From an uncultured Clostridia bacterium (lineage in GTDB: Bacteria; Bacillota; Clostridia; Christensenellales; UBA1242), in the NCBI GenBank assembly GCA_944349895.1, contig CALVNQ010000002.1, positions 11,710-75,709 of the forward strand: DNA of 64,000 nt. Direction: 5' to 3'. Position numbers and translations under genes: made by a program. Numbering within the stretch: position 1 is the first letter of the stretch; every line of letters begins with the position of its first letter. Below are positions 36,824-49,136 of the stretch, piece after piece. Below the pieces are notes generated by a model. It saw only the letters and a program-made list of their open reading frames with translations. It was not told where the DNA came from and searched no databases.

Positions 36824-37819
36824 ATGAATAGAAAAGTTTTATCCAAAAATTCTCTTTTGTATAATGCAAATTTTTTTAAAAGCTATGCTTCTAAAATTTG
36901 CGCTGTGGTTAAAGCCGATGCCTATGGACACGGAGTGATTGAAGTGGTAAAGATTTTAATTAATTCTGTGGATTTTTTTGGCGTCGCCAATGAAAAAGAA
37001 GCTATGGAAATATTTAAATATTTTCCTAAAGCTAAAATAATAATTTTGGGGAAATCTGATAATTTTTCAAATTTAGATAAATTCTATTTAACTGCGACAA
37101 GTTTGGAAGATGTTAAATTAGCTATCAAATTACAAAAAACCGAACATTGTTTTATAAAATTAACTGTTGGTATGAATAGATACGGAATAGATTGCAAAGA
37201 TTTCAATGCTTTAAATAAACTCAAAGAATTGATTAAAAATCACACATTTGCTGGTTTTTCAGTTCATTTTTCGGCAACAGATTCTAATTATATTACAAAA
37301 AAAGAGTATCAATTATTTTTGAAAGCTAAAGCTTTTTTACAAAAATCCTTTCCCGTTTGTTTTGGTGGTAGTGGAGCAAAAAATTTGCCGTGTGATATTT
37401 TGCGAGTGGGGATTGGAATTTACGGTTATGGAAATATAAATCTTAAGAAAGTTATGAAAATTGAGAGTTCTGTTTTACAGGTGCGCACTTTGGAGAAAGG
37501 CGAATGCGCCGGATATAATGCTTGTTTTAAAGCAAAAAGAAAAACAGTTTTAGCCATTGTGGGTGTGGGGTATGCAGACGGGTTTAGCAGGTCTAAAAGT
37601 AAAAAGTTAAATGTTTTCATTAACGGGAAACAATTCCCTATTGTTGGTAACGTTTGTATGGATGCTTGTTTTGTTGATGTTACAGGGGGTATCGTTAAAG
37701 AAGGGGATAAGGTTGTTATGTTCCATGATGCAGAAATTTTTGCAAAAGTTTATAAAGAAATTGCTTATGAAATTTTAACAAGATTTATTAAATTTAGAGG
37801 TGAGACCCGTATTGTTTAA
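36824..37819 (+). CDS. alr: alanine racemase
   Basis: PLP-lysine motif AVVKADAYGHG and a C-terminal VCMD block. Confidence 0.85.
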   Translation: MNRKVLSKNSLLYNANFFKSYASKICAVVKADAYGHGVIEVVKILINSVDFFGVANEKEAMEIFKYFPKAKIIILGKSDNFSNLDKFYLTATSLEDVKLAIKLQKTEHCFIKLTVGMNRYGIDCKDFNALNKLKELIKNHTFAGFSVHFSATDSNYITKKEYQLFLKAKAFLQKSFPVCFGGSGAKNLPCDILRVGIGIYGYGNINLKKVMKIESSVLQVRTLEKGECAGYNACFKAKRKTVLAIVGVGYADGFSRSKSKKLNVFINGKQFPIVGNVCMDACFVDVTGGIVKEGDKVVMFHDAEIFAKVYKEIAYEILTRFIKFRGETRIV

Positions 37820-37830
37820 ATTATATTTTA

Positions 37831-37858
37831 ACAACTTTTAAGTTTTTAACATATTATA
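37831..37858 (+). promoter_or_regulatory. sigma-K-type promoter candidate of the orphan 222-aa gene
   Basis: AC-17 nt-CATATTATA matches AC-17-CATAnnnTA exactly. It ends 30 nt before the ATG. This is a low-information motif in AT-rich DNA. Confidence 0.35.
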
Positions 37859-37888
37859 AAGTGTGTAGACAAAACAGGAGGTAGGAAA

Positions 37889-38557
37889 ATGTCTTTTTAC
37901 ATCAATAATACAAATCCAAGTAGACCAGGACCTGTTATGGGAAACCCTCTTAATGGTATTTGTGAAAAAATCTTGATTGAGACAACTAAAGTTTTTGATG
38001 CTTGCGTTTCTCAAAGTACTGAAACCGGCATTGTTCTTGCTGTTACAGATCTTACACCTGCTAGCCCTGCAACACCTTTAACATTTATTTCGGCAGTCAA
38101 TGCTCCAAATCAAGATGTTACAATCTCTGATTTGGTTGTTGATAGATTGGAATCTTGCCCTAATTATGCTAATGTTAGCGCCAATATTACTATACCAGTT
38201 CTTGTTAATTATCGTGACGCTGACGGTGTTCTTGGCACAGGTACTTCTTCTATTACAGTAAGTAAAAATGTTGTCCTTTATGTTCCTCAACCTTCTGTCA
38301 CTCCTATCAATATTTCAGCAAGCGCAGTTTTTTCTAGTGAAATCGGTTCTTATACTGCCGAAAACACTTTCACTGTTACAGGTTGTTTGCAAGTAATTAT
38401 TAGGGTGACAGCTGTGGTTGATGTGTTGGTTCCTTCTTATGGCTATCCTGTCATTCCACCTTGCCATGCTGCGCCTGTTGCTAGTGCTTGCCCTGGAGTG
38501 TTTGAGATGCCTTTATATCCAACAGCATCGGGACCGGTTAATTCGCCAAGATTTTAA
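37889..38557 (+). CDS. orphan Lys-poor, Cys-containing protein (candidate spore-coat/surface structural protein)
   Basis: 222 aa with a CAGGAGGT SD 6-7 nt upstream and a strong terminator. Only 3 Lys, rich in V/T/S/P/A, 7 Cys, no signal peptide. I recognise no family. Confidence 0.75.
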   Translation: MSFYINNTNPSRPGPVMGNPLNGICEKILIETTKVFDACVSQSTETGIVLAVTDLTPASPATPLTFISAVNAPNQDVTISDLVVDRLESCPNYANVSANITIPVLVNYRDADGVLGTGTSSITVSKNVVLYVPQPSVTPINISASAVFSSEIGSYTAENTFTVTGCLQVIIRVTAVVDVLVPSYGYPVIPPCHAAPVASACPGVFEMPLYPTASGPVNSPRF

Positions 38558-38560
38558 ATA

Positions 38561-38587
38561 AAAACTCGGTTGAGACCGAGTTTTTTT
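38561..38587 (+). terminator. intrinsic terminator after orphan 222-aa gene
   Basis: AAAACTCGGT-tgag-ACCGAGTTTT with T7. Confidence 0.85.
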
Positions 38588-38598
38588 ATGCTTTCATT

Positions 38599-38627
38599 TT
38601 GACAAAACTTTTTTATTTTGTTATACT
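38599..38627 (+). promoter_or_regulatory. sigma-A promoter of prfB
   Basis: TTGACA-17 nt-TATACT. Confidence 0.6.
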
Positions 38628-38656
38628 TTATTTCTATAAAAGTGAGATGTTTTATT

Positions 38657-39752
38657 ATGGTAGTTGATAATGAAAAAGATAAATTTAAATTGTTAAAAGA
38701 AAACTTTAATTTCTTAAAGGAGTGTCTTTGACGCTCCTAAAATTAAACGGGAAGTTGAAAATTTAAAATCTGAACAATTGAAAGATGATTTTTATTCTAA
38801 TCCTAAATATGTTGAGGAAGTTGGCAAAAAATTAAGGAATAAACAAGATTTGCTTGATAATATCACCGGTCTTGAACAAAAAATTTTTGATATTGAAACT
38901 CTAATCGAATTTTGCGAAATTGGTGACGATAAGGATTCTTATGATGAATTAAAAGCTGAATTAGATTCATTTCAAAAAAAATCCGAACAATTAAAAATCA
39001 TTACTTTACTTTCAGGTAAGTACGATTCTTGTAATGCTATTTTAAACATTCATGCAGGAGCTGGCGGGACAGAAGCACAAGATTGGGCTCAAATGTTGTT
39101 TAGAATGTATAGTATGTATTCTGAAAAAAATGGATTTAAGTTGACTGTTTTAGATATTTTAGAAGGTGAGGAAGCTGGTATTAAAAATATCAATTTTTTG
39201 ATTTCCGGAGAAAATGCTTACGGATATCTAAAATCTGAAAAAGGTATTCATAGACTTGTTAGAATTTCTCCTTTTGATTCAAATTCTAGAAGACACACAA
39301 GTTTTGCTAGTGTTGAAGTTATGCCAGAACTTGAAGAAGATGACGAGATCATTATTAGGCCGGAGGACCTTAAAATTGATACTTTTCGTTCAAGTGGTGC
39401 TGGAGGACAACACATTAATAAAACTGAGTCTGCTATCAGGATAACTCATTTGCCTTCTGGTATTGTTGTTTCCTGTCAAACTCAAAGATCTCAAATTCAA
39501 AATAGAGAAGTAGCCATGAAAATGTTGCTTTCTCGTCTCGCTGAGAAGAAAGAAAGAGAAGAAATGGAAAATCTTGCACAAATTAAAGGGGAAATAAAAA
39601 AAATCGAGTGGGGTAGCCAAATTCGAAGTTATGTTTTCTGCCCTTACACATTAGTTAAAGATCACAGAACAAATTTTGAGACTAGTGATATTCAATCGGT
39701 TATGGATGGTGATATTCAAGAATTTATAAATGCATATTTGCAAAAAATATAA
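38657..39752 (+). CDS. prfB: peptide chain release factor 2 (programmed +1 frameshift at 38726-38732)
   Basis: Frame 0 runs ATG 38657 ... AAG GAG TGT CTT TGA. The +1 frame continues GAC GCT CCT and joins the 38778 ORF in frame. SPF (RISPFDS) and GGQ (SGAGGQHINK) motifs are present. Confidence 0.92.
38717..38732 (+). promoter_or_regulatory. prfB +1 programmed frameshift site
   Basis: An internal SD-like AAGGAG, 3 nt, then CTT TGA C. This is the canonical RF2 autoregulatory site. Confidence 0.9.
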
Positions 39753-39762
39753 GAGGGTGTTA

Positions 39763-40815
39763 ATGAAAAAATTTATGTCAGATGAATTCTTATCTCTAAA
39801 AAATAAAGAAGATATAATTGTTTTAGCGATAGAAAGCTCCTGTGATGAGACTGCTGTTAGTATTGTGAAAAATGGGAGAGAAGTTCTTGCTAATCTTGTT
39901 TCTTCTCAAATTGAAATCCATAGAAGATTTGGGGGAGTTGTTCCTGAAATTGCTTCTAGAAATCATTTAATGGCAATTTCAAATTTATATTTTGAAGCTT
40001 TAAAAGAAGCAAATATCACTCCAAATCAAATTGATGCTGTTGCTGTTACATATGGTGCTGGGCTAATGGGTGCCCTTTTAGTGGGGATTAATTTTGCTAA
40101 GGGGCTTAGTTATGCTTTAAAAAAGCCTCTAATTGCTGTTAATCATGTCCATGGGCATATTGCTTCAAATTATATCTCGCACCCTTCACTCACACCACCA
40201 TTTTTATGTTTAATGGTGAGTGGGGGTCATACTGCAATATTAAAAATTTCGGATTATAATAAATTCAAAATGCTTGGTAGCACTGTCGATGATGCCGTTG
40301 GTGAAGCTTTTGATAAAGTCGCTAGAGTGCTTGATTTACCTTATCCCGGTGGCCCTGAAATTGATAAGCTTGCCAGAGAAGGAAAAAACATTATTAAGTT
40401 TACTGTTTCTAATTCTTTACATGGAACATTAAATTTTTCTTTTAGTGGAATAAAAACTTCGGTTATTAATTATGTTCATAAACTTTTTCAAAAGGGAGAA
40501 CAAATTCCTAAAGCAGATATTGCCCGAAGTTTTGAAGAGTGTGTTACTGATGAATTAGTTGATAAAACTATGCGAGCTATGAAGATTTCTGGCATGAATA
40601 AAATAGTTATTGCTGGTGGTGTTGGAGCAAACAGTATGCTTCAATCAAAAATGGAAGAAATGTGCAAACGAAATGGGTACCAGGTTTTTTATCCTATGTT
40701 AAAATACTGTACCGACAATGCTTGTATGATTGGTTCGGCCGCTTATTATTACATAAAGAAAGGCATCGGACTTGCTTCCCTCGATTTAACGGCGAAACCT
40801 AATATCGATTTATGA
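39763..40815 (+). CDS. tsaD: tRNA t6A37 N6-threonylcarbamoyltransferase TsaD
   Basis: LAIESSCDET and NHVHGHI metal-binding motifs. Start at MKKFMSDE behind an AGAGGG SD. Confidence 0.9.
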   Translation: MKKFMSDEFLSLKNKEDIIVLAIESSCDETAVSIVKNGREVLANLVSSQIEIHRRFGGVVPEIASRNHLMAISNLYFEALKEANITPNQIDAVAVTYGAGLMGALLVGINFAKGLSYALKKPLIAVNHVHGHIASNYISHPSLTPPFLCLMVSGGHTAILKISDYNKFKMLGSTVDDAVGEAFDKVARVLDLPYPGGPEIDKLAREGKNIIKFTVSNSLHGTLNFSFSGIKTSVINYVHKLFQKGEQIPKADIARSFEECVTDELVDKTMRAMKISGMNKIVIAGGVGANSMLQSKMEEMCKRNGYQVFYPMLKYCTDNACMIGSAAYYYIKKGIGLASLDLTAKPNIDL

Positions 40816-40836
40816 TTCTATAACTTGGAGGATAAA

Positions 40837-42027
40837 ATGGAACTTTTGGCACCGGCAGGAAATTTTGAAAAATTTCTAACTGCCTTAAATTTTGGAGCAG
40901 ATGCCGTTTATCTGGCTGGACAGGAATTCGGGCTACGAGCTTTTGCTGGGAATTTTTCTATCGAAGAAATAAAGAAAGCTTGTGAAATAGCTCATTCTAA
41001 GAATAAAAAAGTATATGTGACTGTTAATATTATCGCAAAAGATGAAGATTTTATTGGATTATATGATTATATTCTCTCTTTAACTGAAGCGAAAGTCGAT
41101 GCCGTTATTGTTTCTGATGTTGGAATTATTAATTTTATTAGAAATAATTTCCCTTCATTAGATGTTCATGTGAGCACTCAAGCTAATATTACTAATGCAC
41201 AATCAGCAAAGTTTTTTGCAGATATGGGGGTTAAAAGATTGATACTTGCCAGAGAACTTAATATTCAACAAATTTCTAACATATCAAAACTTTTAAAAGG
41301 CAAAGTTGAAATTGAGTGCTTTGTTCATGGTGCAATGTGTATTTCATATTCGGGGAGATGTTTGCTCTCAAATTATTTGGCAGGAAGAGATGCTAATCAC
41401 GGAGAGTGCGTGCAAGCTTGTAGATGGAAATATTTCATTAGAGAAGTTAATCGTGATGAAGAGATAGAAGTCCAAGAAGATGAGAAAGGAACTTATTTTA
41501 TGAATTCAAAGGATTTATGTATGATAAAACATTTAAAAGAATTACAAGAAGCAGGAGTTTCCTCTCTTAAAATTGAAGGGCGAATGAAATCAAGCTATTA
41601 TGTTGCTTGCGTTACAAATGCATATCGTAAGGCTATTGATTTGTTACCTAAACAAGCTGGGGAGGAATTCATCGTAGAGTTAGAAAAAACCTCTCATCGT
41701 CGTTTCACAACAGGCTTTTATTTTGGTGATAATAATACCGAATTTAGAGAAAGTTCTATGCCAGTTCAAACCTATGAGTTTGTCGGTGTTGTTAAGTCTT
41801 GTGTAGATGGTATGGCAACTATTGAGCAACGTAACTTTTTACAAGAAGGTGATGAGGTGGAAGTGTTAAGCCCGGATCCTTCATTATTTAATAAAACATT
41901 TAAAATTTCTAACATGAGGAATATTGATGGAGAAAAAATTGAAAAAGCTAATGTCGCGCAAATGTTATTTACTTCTTTATGCCCATTTAATTTAAACGAA
42001 AATGATATCTTAAGGAAAAAATGCTGA
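40837..42027 (+). CDS. U32-family peptidase (family also includes RNA hydroxylases RlhA/TrhP)
   Basis: MELLAPAGNFEKF..GADAVYLAG N-terminus and the ECFVHGAMCISYSGRCLLSNY signature. Confidence 0.8.
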   Translation: MELLAPAGNFEKFLTALNFGADAVYLAGQEFGLRAFAGNFSIEEIKKACEIAHSKNKKVYVTVNIIAKDEDFIGLYDYILSLTEAKVDAVIVSDVGIINFIRNNFPSLDVHVSTQANITNAQSAKFFADMGVKRLILARELNIQQISNISKLLKGKVEIECFVHGAMCISYSGRCLLSNYLAGRDANHGECVQACRWKYFIREVNRDEEIEVQEDEKGTYFMNSKDLCMIKHLKELQEAGVSSLKIEGRMKSSYYVACVTNAYRKAIDLLPKQAGEEFIVELEKTSHRRFTTGFYFGDNNTEFRESSMPVQTYEFVGVVKSCVDGMATIEQRNFLQEGDEVEVLSPDPSLFNKTFKISNMRNIDGEKIEKANVAQMLFTSLCPFNLNENDILRKKC

Positions 42028-42086
42028 TTGTTTTCATTATTAATTAAAAGTAATAAAAAAAAATTTAAAAAATATGTCATTAATAG

Positions 42087-42115
42087 TTGACATATTTTTT
42101 TAATCTGCATATAAT
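42087..42115 (+). promoter_or_regulatory. consensus sigma-A promoter of hrcA-grpE-dnaK-dnaJ
   Basis: TTGACA-17 nt-TATAAT. Confidence 0.75.
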
Positions 42116-42119
42116 AGTG

Positions 42120-42146
42120 CTAGCACTTAAAAGTCGAGAGTGCTAA
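42120..42146 (+). promoter_or_regulatory. CIRCE operator (HrcA binding site)
   Basis: CTAGCACTT-N9-GAGTGCTAA compared with the consensus TTAGCACTC-N9-GAGTGCTAA. It lies directly after the -10 element. Confidence 0.9.
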
Positions 42147-42160
42147 TTCAGGAGAAAAGT

Positions 42161-43155
42161 ATGCAGCTTTCTGATAGAAAAAAACATATTTTGCAAGTCG
42201 CTATAGAAGATTACATTTCTTCTTGCAGTCCTATTACTAGTGGTGGTTTAAAAAATATTACTTGTCTCAATTGTTCTACTGCCACGCTTAGAAATGAACT
42301 TAATGCGTTGGAAGCTATGGGATATCTTAGGCAACTTCATACATCTGGAGGGAGAGTCCCAACACCTCAAGGTTATAGGTTCTATGTTGAGACAATGCTT
42401 TCTGGTTTTCATGCGACAAATCAAGAATTAGAAAAAGTGAGAGCTTTAATAGAAAAAAAGACTAATTCACTTTCGGAACTAATTACTTCTATTGCTAAAA
42501 TTATTGGTGAAGCTACCAATTATCCAACAGTTGTCATGATGAGTGGAGCTGAAAACTTAGTTTTGCAAGATTTTCAAATAATACCTTTACTTAGCCAAGA
42601 AGTTCTTGTTTTGATAGGAACAGGTGCTGGATATATTAATGAAAGATTAAATATTTCTGCTAGTAAAAGAGAATGTGATGATGCCACCAGATTTTTTAAA
42701 AAAAATTTTGTTGGTAAAACTATTGGAGATTTAACGCAAGCTTTTGAATCTGAAAACTTAACTGAAGAAATTTCAACTTTCCAAAAAATTGTTGATTCCC
42801 TTGTTGATGGGTTAAAAAAATTTAACAAACGTAAATTTTTAGATATACAAAAAAGTGGAGCGATTAAGCTTTTAGAAAGTGGAGACATTGAAAAAGCTAA
42901 AAAAATATTTTCTGTTTTAGATGATGAAGATGAACTTATCGAAGTTCTTCAAGTGGAAGATGAGTGTCAAGATATCACTGTATCAGTAGCAGAAAATGAT
43001 GACCAGCTATCAGTTGTTAAGCTTCCTATAAAAGTTGGATCAGTTGAGCTTTCAGTTGGGGTCTTGGGACCACAGCGTATGGATTATGGGGGAGTTTCAG
43101 CAGCTTTAAAATTGCTTGCTGATGAACTTGAAAATATTAATGGAGGAGATAGCCC

Positions 43156-43159
<4 letters not shown>
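42161..43159 (+). CDS. hrcA: heat-inducible transcription repressor HrcA
   Basis: The N-terminal winged helix LSDRKKHILQVAIEDYI, a CIRCE element upstream, and its position as first gene of the dnaK operon. Confidence 0.9.
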
Positions 43160-45592
<2,433 letters not shown>

Positions 45593-45621
45593 TTTATTTT
45601 ATATACTATGATAGGTTAGTT

Positions 45622-46731
45622 ATGGCAAATAAAGATTATTATTCAATTTTAGGGGTTGATAAAAATGCAAGTGCAGACGAAATAAAGTCTGCATATCGTC
45701 GTCTCGCAAAAAAATATCACCCAGATTTAAATAAAACACCAGAGGCTGCAGAAAAATTTAAAGATGTTAATGAGGCTTATGAAGTCCTTAGTGATGATAA
45801 AAAACGAGCTAACTACGATCAATTTGGATCGGCCGAAGGCCCTCAATTCGGTGGAACAGGTGGAGGATTCGGAGATTTCTTTAGCGGTGCCGGTGGATTT
45901 TCCGACATATTTTCTGACATATTTTCAGCCTTTGGTGGGTCTTCTAGCCAAAGAGTTATGGAGAAAGGTGATGACATTTTCTTAAATTTAAATATCAATT
46001 TTGAAGAAGCCGCTTTCGGTGTGGAAAAAAATGTTACCTTTAATAAAATTGAAAAATGCGCATCTTGTAATGGTACGGGAGCTAAAAATGGGAAAGAATT
46101 CACAGTTTGTCCAAATTGTAAGGGATCTGGTAGAGTAAGGTATCAACAGAATTCAGTTTTCGGTACTACCATTAGAGAAGCAGGGTGCACTACTTGTAAT
46201 GCTACTGGTAAAATTATTAAAGAAAAATGTGAGAATTGTAACGGAAAAGGTTACAAAAAAATCTCAAAAACAGTCAAGGTAAAAGTTCCAGCAGGAATTG
46301 ATGATGGGCAAACCATTCGTATGAGAGGAGAAGGGAATGCACCTATTCGTGAGGGAATTAACGGAGACTTAAATATCCGAATTTCTGTTACTCCACATAA
46401 AATTTTAACCAGAAAAGGTAACGATATTTATCTAGATCTTTATATTCCTTTTACAAAAGCATTGCTTGGTACTAAAATTGAAATTCCAACATTAAAAGGA
46501 TCTTATTTATTAACTATTCCTGAACTTACTTCAAGTGGGACAGTTATGAGACTGAAAAATAAAGGTGTTAAAATTTTAAACCGAGAATCTTACGGGGATA
46601 TGTTAGTTACAATTAAAGCAGAACCTCCAAAAAGTTTTGATAAAAGCACTAGAAAAGCTATTGAAGAACTTGATGCTAAAATCGAATTAAAAAATTATGC
46701 AAAATATCAAAACTTTCTTTCAAAAATGTGA
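45622..46731 (+). CDS. dnaJ: molecular chaperone DnaJ
   Basis: J-domain with HPD, a G/F region, and four CxxCxGxG zinc motifs. Confidence 0.96.
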   Translation: MANKDYYSILGVDKNASADEIKSAYRRLAKKYHPDLNKTPEAAEKFKDVNEAYEVLSDDKKRANYDQFGSAEGPQFGGTGGGFGDFFSGAGGFSDIFSDIFSAFGGSSSQRVMEKGDDIFLNLNINFEEAAFGVEKNVTFNKIEKCASCNGTGAKNGKEFTVCPNCKGSGRVRYQQNSVFGTTIREAGCTTCNATGKIIKEKCENCNGKGYKKISKTVKVKVPAGIDDGQTIRMRGEGNAPIREGINGDLNIRISVTPHKILTRKGNDIYLDLYIPFTKALLGTKIEIPTLKGSYLLTIPELTSSGTVMRLKNKGVKILNRESYGDMLVTIKAEPPKSFDKSTRKAIEELDAKIELKNYAKYQNFLSKM

Positions 46732-46757
46732 AATGTGTTGCCATTTCACTTTTTTTT
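46728..46757 (+). terminator. intrinsic terminator overlapping dnaJ stop
   Basis: GTGAAATG-tgttgc-CATTTCAC followed by T8. Confidence 0.8.
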
Positions 46758-46773
46758 ATGTACAATATTCATT

Positions 46774-47475
46774 ATGAAAAGATTTGTAGGTAAAGTTGAA
46801 AGTGAGTATGCCTTTATTGAGGGAGAAGAACTTTTACACCTTAAAAATGTCATGAGAATTAAAGAGGGACAAGACGTTATTGTCTTTTGTGGAGATGGCA
46901 AAGATTATTTTTCTAAAATTTTAGAAATAAATAAAAATTTTGCTAAATTATTTATTTATTCTGTCGTGGATAATGAAAAGGTACCACAAAAAAATATTTC
47001 TTTATTTCTCTCTGCTGTTAAAAGAGATAAATTGGAATTTATTGTTCAAAAATCTGTGGAGTTAGGTGTTAAAAATTTATATTTGTTTGAAAGTGAATAT
47101 TCCACTATGAAACTCGTTTCTGAAAAAGTTTCGAGATACGAAAAAATTATTTTAAATGCTTGTAAACAGTGTGAAAGATCGGATTTTATGAAAATTAGTA
47201 TTGTCTCTTTTGAAGATATGTTAAAGGTTTTTTCAAAGTGTTCTATTAGATTATTTGCTAATGAAAGAGAGGGAGACGATTTTGATTTTAAAAGTCTCGG
47301 AGAAGGAGATGATTTCGGTATATTGATTGGTTGTGAAGGGGGATTTTCTAGATTAGAGAAAGATAAAATTTTAGAAACCACGCCTGAAAATATTTCATTA
47401 GGAAAAAGGATTTTGCGAACAGAAACAGCTGTAATATTATTATGTGGGCTAACATCTTTGTTTTCTGGTAATTGA
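46774..47475 (+). CDS. rsmE: 16S rRNA (uracil1498-N3)-methyltransferase RsmE
   Basis: N-terminal PUA-like region (HLKNVMRIKEG) and a C-terminal IGCEGGFS motif. Start set after the dnaJ terminator. Confidence 0.8.
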   Translation: MKRFVGKVESEYAFIEGEELLHLKNVMRIKEGQDVIVFCGDGKDYFSKILEINKNFAKLFIYSVVDNEKVPQKNISLFLSAVKRDKLEFIVQKSVELGVKNLYLFESEYSTMKLVSEKVSRYEKIILNACKQCERSDFMKISIVSFEDMLKVFSKCSIRLFANEREGDDFDFKSLGEGDDFGILIGCEGGFSRLEKDKILETTPENISLGKRILRTETAVILLCGLTSLFSGN

Positions 47476-47485
47476 GGTAAATTTT

Positions 47486-48715
47486 ATGAAAGTTTCAGTT
47501 TTAACTTTAGGCTGTAAAGTGAATAAATATGAAAGTGATTCTATTTTAAATTTATTTAAAAAGAATGGTTATGAAATTTCTGATAAACTTGAATTCGCAG
47601 ATTTGTATGTTGTTAACACTTGTGCTGTCACAAGTGAGGCAGAAAAAAAGTCAAGACAAATGATTGCTCGTTGTAAAAAAATTAATCCTCAAGCTAAAGT
47701 TTTTGTTTGTGGTTGCGCTGCTCAAAATAATCCTGATCAATTTTTGGAAAAAGCTTCTTTAATAAAAGGTGTCGCTAATAAAAATGGTATTGTAAACTCA
47801 AATGTTTTGGGTATAGATATAGATCAAATACCTTTAATTTATCAACAAGAAGAATATGCTTTACAATCACGAACAAGAGCTTTTATCAAAATTCAAGATG
47901 GTTGTAATAATTTTTGTTCTTATTGTATAATACCTTATCTTAGAGGAAGAAGTAGATCCAGAAACTTTGATGATATTTTGCAAGAAATTAAAAATTTGCC
48001 TTCAGATATTCAGGAAATTGTTTTAACGGGTATTAATTTATCGGATTTTAAAATTAATGGACAACCAGGGCTTTTAAAACTTTTACAAGAACTTGATAAA
48101 TATAATTTGAGATTGAGACTTTCTTCACTCGAAGAAGTCGTCATTGATGAAGATTTTGTTTTTGGTTTAAGTAAACTGAATAATTTTTGTCCACATTTTC
48201 ATTTGTCTTTGCAAAGTGGTAGCGATACTATTTTAAAGGCAATGAACAGAAGGTATACAACAAGTCAATTTAAAAAGGCTTGTGAAAATATAAGGAAATA
48301 TTTCCCTTTAGCTTCTATAACTACAGATATTATTGTGGGTTTTCCTGGAGAATCTGAAAAAGAATTTAATGAAACTAAAGAGTTCATTAAAGATGTTAAT
48401 TTTTCCGGTTTACATGTTTTTCCATATTCAGCACGTCAAGGAACAGTCGCTTATAAATTTAAAGATATCCCTTACGAAATTAAAAAAAACAGAACAGAAA
48501 TATTGCTAGATTTGGATAAAGAACTTAAAAAAGAATTTATTTTGAAAAATAAAACTGGTAAGATTTTGATCGAAGAAGTTCAAGATAATGTTAGCTATGG
48601 ATTAACCGAAAATTACATAAGGTGTTTTGTTAATCAAAGGTGTACTGTTGGAGACATTTTGAATGTTTCTATTTTACAAGAAAAAGACGGAATGGCTTTT
48701 GCCAGATTAATTTAA
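47486..48715 (+). CDS. mtaB: radical-SAM methylthiotransferase MtaB-like
   Basis: N-terminal UPF0004 Cys triad (TLGCKVN...NTCAV...CGC). Radical-SAM motif CNNFCSYCIIP. Confidence 0.8.
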   Translation: MKVSVLTLGCKVNKYESDSILNLFKKNGYEISDKLEFADLYVVNTCAVTSEAEKKSRQMIARCKKINPQAKVFVCGCAAQNNPDQFLEKASLIKGVANKNGIVNSNVLGIDIDQIPLIYQQEEYALQSRTRAFIKIQDGCNNFCSYCIIPYLRGRSRSRNFDDILQEIKNLPSDIQEIVLTGINLSDFKINGQPGLLKLLQELDKYNLRLRLSSLEEVVIDEDFVFGLSKLNNFCPHFHLSLQSGSDTILKAMNRRYTTSQFKKACENIRKYFPLASITTDIIVGFPGESEKEFNETKEFIKDVNFSGLHVFPYSARQGTVAYKFKDIPYEIKKNRTEILLDLDKELKKEFILKNKTGKILIEEVQDNVSYGLTENYIRCFVNQRCTVGDILNVSILQEKDGMAFARLI

Positions 48716-48723
48716 TTTTTTAC

Positions 48724-48752
48724 TTGACAAATTTTTTCTGTTTATTTATAAT
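48724..48752 (+). promoter_or_regulatory. consensus sigma-A promoter of rpsU
   Basis: TTGACA-17 nt-TATAAT. Confidence 0.7.
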
Positions 48753-48788
48753 TAAAAAAATATTTACTTAGAAGGTGGTGATTTCAGT

Positions 48789-48971
48789 TTGACAACGGTT
48801 AAAGTCGGCGAAAATGAAAGTCTTGAAAGTGCGCTTAAACGCTTTAAAAGAAAATGTCAAAAAGATGGTATTATCGGAGACATTAGGAAAAAAGAAGCTT
48901 ACTACAAACCTAGTGTTGCAAAAAAACGTAAGCAAGAAGCTGCAAGAAAACGTGCAAGAAAAAGAGGTTAA
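48789..48971 (+). CDS. rpsU: 30S ribosomal protein S21
   Basis: [25 protein letters not shown]...[14 protein letters not shown] start behind a GAAGGTGGTG SD. Confidence 0.9.
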   Translation: MTTVKVGENESLESALKRFKRKCQKDGIIGDIRKKEAYYKPSVAKKRKQEAARKRARKRG

Positions 48972-48999
48972 AAAAGTGCGAGTTAATCGCATTTTTTTT
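48971..48999 (+). terminator. intrinsic terminator after rpsU
   Basis: TGCGA-gttaa-TCGCA followed by T8. Confidence 0.7.
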
Positions 49000-49031
49000 G
49001 TTATTTTGTCTTTATAAATTATTAATTAAAA

Positions 49032-49048
49032 TTCGACTCTTTTCGACG
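49032..49048 (+). promoter_or_regulatory. tandem Spo0A-box-like motifs
   Basis: TTCGACT and TTCGACG, each 6/7 to TTCGACA. They are direct repeats offset by exactly 10 bp and lie ~20 nt upstream of a TTGAAT-16-TAAAAT promoter. Confidence 0.35.
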
Positions 49049-49068
49049 ATTTCTGGTTCTCATTTATT

Positions 49069-49096
49069 TTGAATTTTGATACATTTATTTTAAAAT
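49069..49096 (+). promoter_or_regulatory. sigma-A-type promoter candidate of the 107-aa unknown gene
   Basis: TTGAAT-16 nt-TAAAAT, ~40 nt upstream of the ATG at 49137. Confidence 0.4.
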
Positions 49097-49136
49097 TAAT
49101 TTGTTTCTGCGTCAAGAAAGTATAAAAGGAGATAAG

